From Blasia pusilla (taxonomy: Eukaryota), in NCBI GenBank assembly GCA_050084515.1, contig CM114271.1, forward strand, positions 19,778,001 through 19,842,000: a DNA stretch of 64,000 nucleotides. Reading direction: 5' to 3'. Positions 26,270 to 37,435 of this stretch are shown in pieces. Position 1 is the first letter of the stretch. Every line of letters starts with the position of its first letter. Both the position numbers and the translations under genes were made by a program. Below the pieces are notes generated by a model. That model was not told the origin of the DNA and did no database searches. It saw only the letters and a list, made by a program, of their open reading frames with translations.

Positions 26270-26660
26270 TTCCGATTGGTGAGTCCCAGACAGGACAGTG
26301 TATAGACCAGATAGAGACTTGTTAGACTCGGTGCCCAACCTTTGATGTTGGGAAAGGCGCATGTATTGGTTTGGGTATTCGGAGGTCGAGCTTGAGCCTT
26401 GCCCATTCCGATTCAAACATCACTTGGAGGAGCCAATGATAGGTCTCAATTCATGACACGGGAAAAGTTTTCTATCTGATTGAGACCAGATCATGCGATC
26501 GATAGCTCCCGGTTGGGAGTATCTGCGGTAGTCACATCACCGAGTCGTATGATGTACTAGTTGGAGGAGCGATGTGTACCCGATGGGTTTTCAGATGGAT
26601 TCTTGGATCGAGAGGCGTCTTCTGAGACCTGGTTGGCAGTCCGGGATGGACGTATGAGCC
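26270..26660 (+). pseudogene. Element B aspartic protease (frameshifted)
   Basis: LLDS-GAQPLMLGK and ESYDVLVG match the element C protease RVLLDSGAQPLMLGK. Confidence 0.65.
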
Positions 26661-27039
26661 AAGTTCTGTGAGATTTATTTCTGGGGCTCGACCAGGAGGG
26701 TCTTCCCCAACAAGTGTTAGCATCTGGCTGGTTTTAGTGGAGTAGTCACTTGGCCGAGAGACTTTTTGAGGGTAATGTTTCTTCTATGGATTCTCTGCGC
26801 ATGAGGAGGTAGAGGAGGTCCCTATTTTTTTTTGCTGCAGTGGCATCCTCATCGTTGGATGTGCCACTTTGGAGTTCAAAGCGGTGCACTACGGCAGAGG
26901 CTCATCGCCTAGTGCAAGAGGCTTGGTGTGAGGTGTTATACCTCACGAGAAAGAGGAGGCCCCACGGCGGACTCCTACAGTCGGTCCAGATTAGGTTATC
27001 CCCTTTGGATACTACACCCATTGTATGGCAAGTATCCGC

Positions 27040-27990
27040 GGAGGGTATTTGTGTGTTAGATCTCTTTGGTGGGATTAGCACTGGTTTGGTCTGCAGATGT
27101 TGCGGGCCGGTATTCTGTCTTGGAGATACGTGTATGTGGAGCGAGATGAGACGGCCAAGAGAGTCTCATCTCGACATACTAGTCAGTTGATGCGGAGATA
27201 CCCTGAGTTGTTGCCGCCATCAGCTATTCGTGGGTACCAGCGTGCTTTACCATCACACATTGCATTGTTGGGGGCGCAGGACCTTGAGAGGGTTGGTCCT
27301 GTGGATTTGGTGATTGTTGGATGGCCATGTCGGGTCATACACGTCTTTGGTCGTGGTGAGGGATTACATGACCCTAGGTCTCGATTGTTTTGGGAGATCT
27401 TACGGGTGTTACGACATCTTGAGTTCATCAGCACACGTGCTCTAGCTTACATTCTGGAGAATGTTCCATTGTTGGGTGACACTCGGACCCGGATGATGGC
27501 GAGTGTTCATGAGGTGCGCTCTTAGATTGGACCAGAGGTGTTGTTGGATGCAATGCGAGTTGGCTCGCGTGCACATCGTCCACGCTTGTGGTGGACAAAC
27601 TTGTTGCCTATGGAGGTTCTACGTCGAGCATATGATGCAGTGCAGCGGGATCCTCGCCTTATAGTGGATAGTATCTTGGATACTGGGCGACTTTCTCAAG
27701 TGGTGAGGGTTATTGATCGGTCACCCATGGCAGTGGTGAACCGTGTGGGCCAGCCTAGGATGGCACTACCCACATTTGTGAGTTTTCCTCGTCACATGCC
27801 TACTGAGGAAGGTGGTCCGGGGCTTGTATGGGATTCTCATGTGCGACGGCAGTTGGTGGAGCCTAACGCGATGAGAGAGAGCGTGCGATGGGATTTGCTC
27901 TTGGTGTGTGGCGGTTGCTTCTATTTCTCAAGCTTCACGACGTCATGTGTTGGGTCAGCCATGGACCTGAATTGTTTGACTTGGATTTTG
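27040..27990 (+). pseudogene. DNA cytosine-5 methyltransferase domain (DNMT3-like) within the element B pol, frameshifted
   Basis: Motif I VLDLFGGISTG, II YVERDE, IV VDLVIVGWPC, V GLHDPRSRLFWE, VI YILENV, VIII LDA..GSRAHRPRLWWTN, and IX/X-like EPNA..ER..MGF and AMD, in canonical order. Confidence 0.9.
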
Positions 27991-28299
27991 AGTCTTGGTA
28001 TGGGCGGCAGCGTCGACTTCGGACTATGTCGTGGGTCTTCCACCCTTGTAATGAGCTCGATGGCTAGGGGACAGTAGAGGCATCGGTGGGGCGAGGAGAG
28101 TAGTATTTTGCATCCTTGGAGTAAATGGGATGTAATGGCTCGGCATGTGGAGTTGGTTGCTCATCTTTGGTGGAAGAGTTATTTGCTCGAGATGATGGTG
28201 TAGCTAAGGGTGTACCATCTTGTGAGGGGGTTATGTAGTGACCAATGGCATCGTCCTCTCCCTCTAGTGTGACAAGTGGAGGAGACTTGGGAGCCATTA

Positions 28300-29680
28300 C
28301 TTGGGCCCAAGCTTACGGGAGGTGAGAAACGACGCTGACACACGGTTCCTACGTGCTTATAGGAGTTGTTTTGCCTTTAGCATGAAGGAGTTGGGTTCTC
28401 TGGTTGGACCCGGTATACGGATTGATTTGGCTAGTGATACGCCAATCTTCCGTCTTCCCTACCGATATAGTGATATGGAGAGGGACTTGATTGAGTAGGA
28501 CGTTGGACCTTTTGGAGGCTGGATTAGTGGAGTTGTCGCATGGAGAGTATGCATCGCCCACGGTCATGCTCGCTAAAAGGATATGCATGGAAACTACGGA
28601 TAGGCGGATGTGTGGAGATTACCGTCCTATCAATCGGCAAACCAAGGCGGATAGGTATGCCATGCCTACACTGAGAGATCTTTGATGTGGTGGGACAGCA
28701 AAGATTTTCGATGCTTTGGATCTTGGCAGATACCATCAATTGCCGATTCGGGAGAGTGACAAGGCCAAGACAACATTTTGGGGTGTCAACTCTCATGGCA
28801 AGGATTGTTTGTACCAGTGGAAATTCTTACCCTTTGGGTTGAAGAATGCACCTGCCGAGTTTCAAAGAGTGATGGACAGGATCCTAGCAGGGTTGGATTT
28901 TGTTCGGTGTTACATTGATGATATCTTGGTGTTCAGTAACACGGTGTTTGAGCGGTTGAAAGTTCATGGTCTACGTTTGCATCCTGGAAAGTGTAAGTTC
29001 TTCCATGAGGATGTTGAGTACTTGGGTCATGTGATCTATCCAGGTGGTTTGGGAGTTCAGCAAGCAAAGGTGGAGGCTATTGCACTTATTCCGCGTCCGA
29101 TAGATGTGAGTAGAGTTCGAGCATTCATGGGATTGGCGAACTACTATCGGAGGTATGTGAAGGGATTTAGTGCTATGGCAAAGCCTTTGAACCAATTGCT
29201 GAAATCAGATCAAGAGTGGCACTGGGGAGATGATCAGGAGAGAGCTTTTGTGGAGCTTAAGGCCCAGTTGGTGGCGGCGCCTATCTTGAGGAGACCTATC
29301 GAGGGCGCCCATTTCGATTACACATCGATTGGAGTAGGTTGGGACTTGGAGCGGTGTTGACACAACATGATGATGAGCACAAGGAGTTTGTGGTGGCCTA
29401 TGCAAGTCGTTCGAATAATGCAAATGAGTCGCGCTATAGTTCATATGAGGGAGAGTGCTTGGCAAGAGTGTGTGGGTTGTGGTCCACTTTAGGTGTTACT
29501 TGTTTGGCACCGGTTTACCCTTGTTCTCGATCACCAACCGCTCAAGTGGTTGATGGAGTCGGACAAGCTTACAGGGAAGCTTGCACGGTGGGCTCTTATC
29601 TTACAGGAGTATGACTTCCAGGTGGTACATAGACCTGGAGTTGCCAACCTTGATGGTGATGGGTTGAGTAGGAACCCATG
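28300..29680 (+). pseudogene. Element B reverse transcriptase and RNase H
   Basis: RMCGDYRPIN, LPFGLKNAPAEFQRVMD, YIDDILVF, YLGHVI, FMGLANYYRRYV, VAYASRS, DHQPLKWL, RWALILQEYDF. Confidence 0.92.
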
Positions 29681-30059
29681 TACTAGCCAAGAGGATACAA
29701 CAAGGGCTAGATGGCATGGCGAGGTTGATGAGGAGATGGTGCCAGGTTGGCATGCATCCGCCTTTTTATGTTGGTTAGGGGTGGACTCTAGTATGGAGGA
29801 CCACATGATATCTTACTCTAGTCAGAGGGTAGATGGCCAGCCTTCAGATCCTAAGGTTGGAGATGGTGGTACGGATCAGCGTGATATTCATGATGATGCG
29901 TTGGAGTTCCTACGGACCGGTAGGGTGCCAGGCATAGTGAGTGCCAAGGAGCGAGACCGTGTTCTTCAACGTGCTAAGAGGTATCGATTGGAGGGAACAC
30001 ATATTCTCCGCGTGTGGGAGGATGGTAGAGTACGAGTAGTGCCACATTTGGCTCAGAGA

Positions 30060-31298
30060 GAGCGCATTGTGCGACATGCCCATGAGAAGTTGGGACATTT
30101 TGGGGTAAAGCGTACGTATAGCTTACTCCTTGGCCAATATTGGTGGCGTGGCATGCATACTCAGGTGCAGCAGTTGGTGTCACGTTGTATCGTTTGTGAC
30201 CGGGTGAGGGCATCATTTAATGCCCCACACCACAATTACACCCCTTGCCTATTATGGGGTTGGGTTACCCTTGGAATGTGGACTTTGCGGGACCGTTAAC
30301 GTTGACTGTACGACATCATCGATATGTGTTGGTGATGGTGGAGCACTTCTCCAAGTGGATTGAGTTGGTGGCATTACCGGACAAGGCGAGTGAGGGAACG
30401 GCGTATGCGTTTCGGGATAGAGTGCTTAGTCATTTTGGTGCACCAGCTGAAGTGCTCACCGATCGAGTCTGAGTTTCAGGGTGAGTTTCGGTCTTGTGTG
30501 ACAAGGCGTTGATTGATCATCGGACCACGTCTCGAGATCATCCAGAGGCGGATGGTTTGGCTGGCGTGTGGTTCACACGGTGAAGAGGGCATTGCGCAAG
30601 TATGGCCTCTGAAGGGGCATCTTGGAGACCAGGATATTCGGTTGCCATGGTTAGCCATGGGGTATAGGTTGATCGCCAAGCATCCTTGGCTTCCTTCTCA
30701 CCTTATTTTCTGTTATACGGCCGAGATCCGGACTTGCCAGCAAAGAATTGTCGGGAGTCTAGTGAGGTGGTGAACCTTGATGACCCAGAGATGTGGATGA
30801 GGGTGTGTTCTCGAGCGGAGCTCTTTCGAGAGTTATGCCAATGACCTTTGAGAATCTTGCCATTGCTCAACACAGGGGATACGTTGCGGTATGCAACCAT
30901 TCGAGGTGGAGGTTATCGACCATCGATTGTAGGTTCCATGTGGGGACTATGTCTATTTGCAGCAGATTGCCCCAACAACGTTGGATGACGGCAGCCGCAC
31001 TATTTAACGAGTGCGCGAGGTGTTAGCTTCGGAGTTCTCATGTTGGAGGGTCGTGATGGAGTTGTTTGGAAGGACCATGTGCGTAATTGTGCGCCATGTC
31101 ATCTTCCAAATGTGGATGGTCTTGTTGACCCAAGCTTAGCCATGATACATGCTAGCTTGAGGTGCATGTTGTGTGGGTGCGGTAACGCGCCCGTATGTTG
31201 GTGTGTGATCGGTGTTCTAGGGGTTGGCATATGATGTGTTTGACTCCACGTTTGGATGTCGTTCCTACTGGAAGGTGGGTTTGTCCTCGATGTACTTA
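30060..31298 (+). pseudogene. Element B DDE integrase with HHCC zinc domain and C-terminal PHD finger
   Basis: HEKLGHFG..CIVC, VDFAGP, VEHFSKWIE, VLTDR, then LRCMLCG and a frameshifted PHD remainder at 31160-31298. Confidence 0.85.
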
Positions 31299-31460
31299 GG
31301 AGAGGTAGATGACTTGATCTTTGCATGATATGGATTACAGATGTGCGACTAACGATGGGGCAACCTAGCACCCGGCCTTCTGATTCGGGCACTCAAGAAG
31401 GTGTATAGCATGTAGTAGATGTATAGGACTACCTGGGAGTTAGAGGACCTAACCGCTTGA

Positions 31461-32055
31461 TTAGGGGGCGAGTTGTGGTACACTTGCGTTTGTGGATACT
31501 CTCGTCTATGTTATGTACGTATGTGAGTATGGTATGTCAGCGATGTATGTTGTATGAGGATGTGGATTCGCACGACAGCTGTCATGACCATACGGATTAT
31601 GTCGTAGAGTATAGTGTGCTAGTAGAGGACATTCCTTATGTAGGACCGTAGTGGCTTGGTAGAGATGCGGTTCCATACATAGGGTTGGGGGTTACTCAGT
31701 TGGGGTGAGTTTCCCAAGAGGGGCCCGCTCTTAGGTTGGAGGATATAAGGTGGAGTGCACTCAAAGAACGATCAGTTCTTTGAGTTGAGCCTGCTATGCG
31801 TTGGGAGTTAGCCTTGGTAGTGAGTAGAGCTCTTGGCTATGGTGTTTCCCGCAAGCTTTGACCTGGATTCTCCCATCGTGGAGTGGGTTTGGCTCGATTG
31901 TATGTGATTATAAACGTGTTTTATGACAGTAGGTCTTTCACGGATTTTAGTTGTGGTACACTTGCGTTTGTGGATACTCTCGTCTATGTTATGTACGTAT
32001 GTGAGTATGGTATATCAGCGATGTATGTTGTATGACGATGTGGATTCGCACGACA
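31461..32055 (+). repeat. Element B 3' module: PPT (31461-31470), B1 (31471-31577), GC spacer, A2 (31580-31947), B2 (31949-32055)
   Basis: B1 and B2 are 107-bp direct repeats (agttgtggtacac...cgcacgaca) on either side of A2. Confidence 0.92.
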
Positions 32056-33887
32056 ACTGTCACACATTTAAGGTGTTACTTATTCGGCAACCCCTTTACC
32101 ATCATCACTGATCATCAACCACTAAAGTGGTTGATGGAGTCCGACAAGCTTACATGGAAGCTTGCAAGATGGGCTTTGTTGCTGCAGGAGTACGATTTTC
32201 AGGTGGTACATAGACCTGGGACGCTCAACCAGGATGCAGATAGGCTGAGTCGTAACCCATGCCCGAGTCAACGAGATGCAACTAGAGCTCGATGGCATGG
32301 AGAGAGTGATGAGGAGTCAGTGTCAGGATGGCACGCGTCAGCCTACTTAGACTTGTTGGCTATGGAGAGCCAGAGTGTGGAGACTTTGATAGCGAGGTCT
32401 GATGGAGAGTCCTTGGATCCCGAGGCCAGTGAGGAGACGATAGGTGGCCGAGATATTCACGATGATGAAGTAGTCTTGGAGTATCTACGTACTGGCAGCG
32501 TTGCGAGCACAGTGGATGCTAGAGAGCGGGATCGGGTCCTTCACCGGGCTAGGTGGTTCCGCTGGGAGGGGACATATATGTTGCGAGTGTGGGAGGATGG
32601 TAGAGTGCGTGTAGTGCCTCATCCTTTGCAGATAGCACGTTTGGTGCATCATGCCCATGAGGAGTTGGGTCATTTTGGAGTGAAGCGGACATATAGCGTG
32701 CTCCAGATTCAATATTGGTGGCGAGGCATGCAGACTGATGTTCAGCAGTTTGTTGCCAGATGCATAGTGTGTGATTGAGTCCGAGCATTTTTCAATGCTC
32801 CAACTCCACAGTTGCATCCACTTCCGATCATTGTCGTGCGCATACATATCGCTACACACCATACATCGTTGGTCACATCTACACCACACAACACCAATCT
32901 TCCCCACACACGGGTCGATCCACACATGTACAAAAATGAACTCATACATATACATGGAGATCACACAACAAAAATAAAGAGTAGTAAAAACGGCACACCC
33001 GGCCTAAAACTCCACTCATCTACATCGGCATAACGAGCCTCATCCACCCTGTGCTATCAAGGAATCCGGACGCTAGCACCCTAGTCCTAGCTCACACACA
33101 TACAAGGGAGGTGCTCAACGGCCCAACATGAGAAAGATGGCTTAGGAAAGCCATCTTCCTCTCTTATATAGGGTTGGGAAGAGCCAAAAGGCTCTTCCCC
33201 TAAAAATAGCCCTCCCCTTGGTAACTTGCGCGCACAGGTTACCAAGGACGAGTGACCTGGTCAACAAGTCACCCGATTGTAAAAGAGCTCAACATGAAAG
33301 TTGTCAGAAACAACGTTTTTGACACAATGGACCTATCTTCAACCTCATCCGACACCGTGGGACAAAGTTACACTCAAGATAGTCCGCTGGCTCCTGCGCC
33401 CTATCCACAATAGATCTCGGCCTATCGGCTACTCAGATGTGACAGATTGTCGTGCACATACATATCGCTACACAACATACATCGCTAGTCACATCTACAC
33501 CACACAACACCTATCTTCCCCACACACAGATCGATCCACACATGTAAAAAATCAACTCATACATATACATGGAGATCACACAACCGCCCCCCTAGCTGGT
33601 AGTTGGATCCCCCCAACTCTAGATAGAAAATATCACATCTCTCTGACATGACCTACTACCCTATACACATCTCGGACACATCCATGATAAAAACATGACT
33701 CCACGCCTGCCTCACGAGGTCATCGGCACTCCTCTGTAGCTCCCGAGTCACACCCCACAATGGTGAAGAGGCCTCGCCAACATGGGAAGAGACACCCGCC
33801 ATGGCCTGTCTCTCCGTGGGACTATCCGCTATTGGGACATCCTCCGCATGTGCATTCCCCTCCAACAACTCTCCTAGCCAACTAACA

Positions 33888-36449
33888 CTACATGTGAAAG
33901 TTGCCAACGTGGTCACAAACTCGCCTCGTGATCGACCACCTCGTCCCGCAAACTGCATGGGGTAACTGACTCATCCGTATGTCACCTGACCGCCATCCTG
34001 GCCGATAAGCAACAGTCTCCTCCCAGAAGTCAAGGATGAATCCTAGGGGATATAACACTGTACTCCCCACCAACACATCGTACGACTCAGCTGGTGTAGT
34101 AATCGCACGTGTGCGCACCATAGCACTATCCGTCGCATGCTCTGGCTGGACTCTGACAACAATCTCCTATCAAGTCATATACTGAGTGGGTGATATGCCC
34201 CCAATCGAGGTCTGTATCTCGAAGGGACAAGGCTCAATGTCGGCCTTCCGTAACCCCAACGCTAAACACGCCGCCTTCCCTAACATCAAGGGTTGCGCTC
34301 CCGAATCAAGTAGGACGCGTTGCGGGTGGTATACTATCCTCGTCAAACTAACCAAGCGAAATACTCCAGCTCGGTTATCCAGTAACACTACTCCAGGTGT
34401 CACCCCTGCTCGCTCTATGGCCGGTCGAGCTGGCATATCTACCAACTTCGCCGCCGCCGCATGCCATGACTCTGTGGGGAACGTCCCAAGCACCGGCTCT
34501 GAGGGCAAGTCCACCACCTCCTGAACTACCTCTGAACAAGAAGCAGTCATCTCTCCATGCTCACACAATGTGGCGGCCAACCAGAACACCTTAGCTGGTC
34601 CAACTCCCAACGTTGCCAACTCTATGGCGGAAAATAGTGGAGTCTGACTCACTCTGGTGGCCACCTCCAACACTATGGTCGACACTGACTCCACTCGAGC
34701 CGGCATAGGAGTTAGTCACTCCAACTCCTCGTGACGTCGACGTAGGTGCTCGAATCAGAGGCACCGCTGATCGTCGAGGCACCATCGATGGTGTGTGTAG
34801 TGCCTCCAACAATGTGAACGAATGTGGAACCCTAGCCTGCCGCCCATCGGTCCCCTCTGGTGGGTCAATCTCAACTCCACCTCTCGATGGCTCGGTGCCT
34901 CTCGCAGCACCCGAGTCACCACTGCAGCTGCCTCAACCTCGGTTGCACTACACATAAATCCCATACTGGCGAGATCCTCACCCGGGTCAGGGTAAGAGGT
35001 AGAAGTTGGAGTCACACTAGCTGCTCGCCGCTCCGTGCCTTCCCTAAGCTGCATCATCGTCATGGCAGCAATCCTCTGCTCCAACTGATCCATGCGTGAG
35101 AGAAGTGCCGGCTCTGGTGCTCTTGCTCCATCTCCTCTGGCAAGTGGTGGTCCTCTACCACCAAGTCCAAGAAGAACTCCCCGACCTCCTCCAGAACGAC
35201 CGTCCCTAGGCCCTCGGCCTACCTCTAGACGTGCCCCTCGGCGAAGGTCAAAACATCTATCCCTAGTGTGACCATATATGTGGCAATGGTCACACTGGTG
35301 CTGTGGTGGGGCCATCCTCTGTGGCTCCTGAGCAATCGGAGGCGCTGGTGGTCCTCTCCCATATTGTGCGCAGTCTCTCTGCCTATGGGCCCCTCCACAC
35401 GTCCAACAAGACCACATCGGTCCCTGTTGGGCAACATATGTAGGTGCGGGTCGTTGCCTCAAAGGCTCATGGAACCCGCCCTGCTCTGTAGGCACATTGG
35501 CCCGCTCCCGTGGTACTGGTGCTCGCTGTGGCACCTGTGGGGTCACCGTCGCTCGTGGACCCATCGACTCTCGAGAAAATCCAGCGGTCACTACCTGCTC
35601 CTCACTCATGTTGAGCTCAATACGCTCATACAACTCAAAGACCACCTTCAATCTGGGCTTCGCTGTGTGAATCAGCACCGCATCTCGCACTCTCCTTCGT
35701 AGTTCTCGGTCCAGAACCCCGTACCAATACTGGACTGATTGCGCCTCAGTCACTCCAAAGGTAGCAATGATCAGCCTCCTCATGCATATGAATGCCTCTC
35801 TCAGACTCTCACCCGATCGTCGCTGAAAATCCTCTAGACTCTTCAGCTTGTCGGTGCGTACGCCCTGGTAGCTCTTCCCCAACTGTCGGAAGAACTCCAC
35901 TGTGGGGTTGAAGCTGGGTGGCCCTCTACCACCAGAGATCTCTGCCACATCGCCTATCTCACTGCCCTCCTCTCCATCTAGTCTCCGAGCTAATGGTGTG
36001 GGTCTCTCTCCTCTCACAATCCCATCATATGCCTCGCGACCACTAGTGGACACATATCCTGGAGCCCAATACATCCTCCAGGCATCGATCTCTACTGAAT
36101 ATAGTGATCGAAACTCCATGTAGTCATCCATCGGAGGACCCTCCAAGTGCTAGAACAACCCCTTCCATGCCATGAAAGGGTTGAACCGTGTCGGGATCCG
36201 TATCTCTTGGAAGTCGCACCATGTGTCGAACTCTTGGATAAAATCATCTAAGTCGATGGTGCCCACTGCACCCCGAGAAATGACGCATGCCCCGATGGCC
36301 CATGTCGTCCATCTCTTGCCAAGTACTATTGTCTCATGCGTGATCTCATCACGGACCGGTGTCGATGATGACGATCGATCCGCCACGGATGGATGTCGAG
36401 GGAGCTCCTTTCTGGTAACCCCTCGGTATCTCACTCCACTCCGTGTCAC
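33888..36449 (-). pseudogene. Element C gag-protease (interrupted)
   Basis: 463-aa ORF with CWTCGGAHRQRDC and CDHCHIYGHTRDRC knuckles; RVLLDSGAQPLMLG protease motif. Confidence 0.82.
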
Positions 36450-37421
36450 ACCACTACTACTGCTCGCACTACCCCGTTCTTCCGAACCCTGGAAGAATTC
36501 CGTGATGACAAACCCTGTCTCACCCGCTCAAGCACTCAAACTCACCGAGAGTCTCCCACACGCCTCACTAGCTCACCTATGCTACCATCAATCCCATGAT
36601 GACATACCCGGCCTCACGCACGCTTAACACTCGGGCTCACCATGAGCCTCCCAACTGACTCACCTAACCTAGCGACACTCTCTCGGGTCATACACGCGAC
36701 CCCTACTTGGCAACTGCCGTATATCCACCAACATGCTACACATGAAAAGAATCTACACTCGTCACCATCACTGCACCCATCTAGCACCAGCTACTACCTG
36801 ATACCCATCACTCTCAATCACACACGACAAGTGCGGGAAAAGGGACTCGAATGGGTAACCTGATCACGCCCTCCAACGTGCTGCACCGTCAACATGCACT
36901 CCTCCACATGATATGACAATCTCCGCAACACAACACTCTCCTCGACGAACACGTCGATCCTCCCGTCAATAGATACGGACAACCCGTCGGCGCGTTTAGG
37001 GTCCGCGCCCGTCGCCGCCCGTCAGCGCCCGTTATCGCCCGTTGTCGCCCGTCCGCCGCCCGTCGCCACCCGTTGGCTCCCGTCCGTCGCCCCTCGCCCG
37101 TCACTGCCGCGCCCTAACCCTAGACCAACCGCGACCTAGCTAGCCATCTTTACTTAACAGCCCCCCCCGGACGGCTGCAAGACCCAAACCTTCTTTTCTT
37201 CTCTCACTCACGTACACCCGACGCCCACTTCGTACTACACTCTGCCGCTGTCCCCAATCCTTGTGCACCAACAAAATCTGAGAAAAACGGACAGCTCTTC
37301 CGCCCACGGCCTTCCGAACAGAAAAATGAAAAACACCCGCAACACACGCGTCTCTTGGGGCTCCTGACCAAGGCAACTCGCTTGCCTACCTGCAAACAAT
37401 GAATTCCCACCAGCCCCCTGA

Positions 37422-37435
37422 CATCTTTCTCATGT
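37422..37435 (-). promoter_or_regulatory. Putative self-priming primer-binding site of element C
   Basis: The 14 nt abutting A1 are the exact inverse complement of 37597-37610, which starts ~31 nt after the minus-strand TATATAA (37641-37635). Confidence 0.7.

Larger units (their letters stand above)
22620..32055 (+). mobile_element. Element B: full-length Ty3/gypsy-type retroelement, gag-PR-DNMT-RT-RH-IN-PHD, with permuted repeats A1..B1-A2-B2 and TSD ACTG
   Basis: Starts TGTC (22620) and ends GACA (32055), flanked by ACTG at 22616-22619 and 32056-32059. All pol domains are recognisable but frameshifted. Confidence 0.92.

Noticed and set aside
22620-32055. Reading element B as a DIRS/PAT/Ngaro tyrosine-recombinase element because of its split direct repeats
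   Set aside because: It has an aspartic protease, an HHCC+DDE integrase, a PPT and 4-bp TSDs, and no tyrosine-recombinase motif was seen.
31471-32055. Explaining B1-A2-B2 as a solo-LTR insertion or a chance tandem duplication
   Set aside because: The same layout occurs in three elements with different repeat sequences, and in B and C the TSD lies outside B2.
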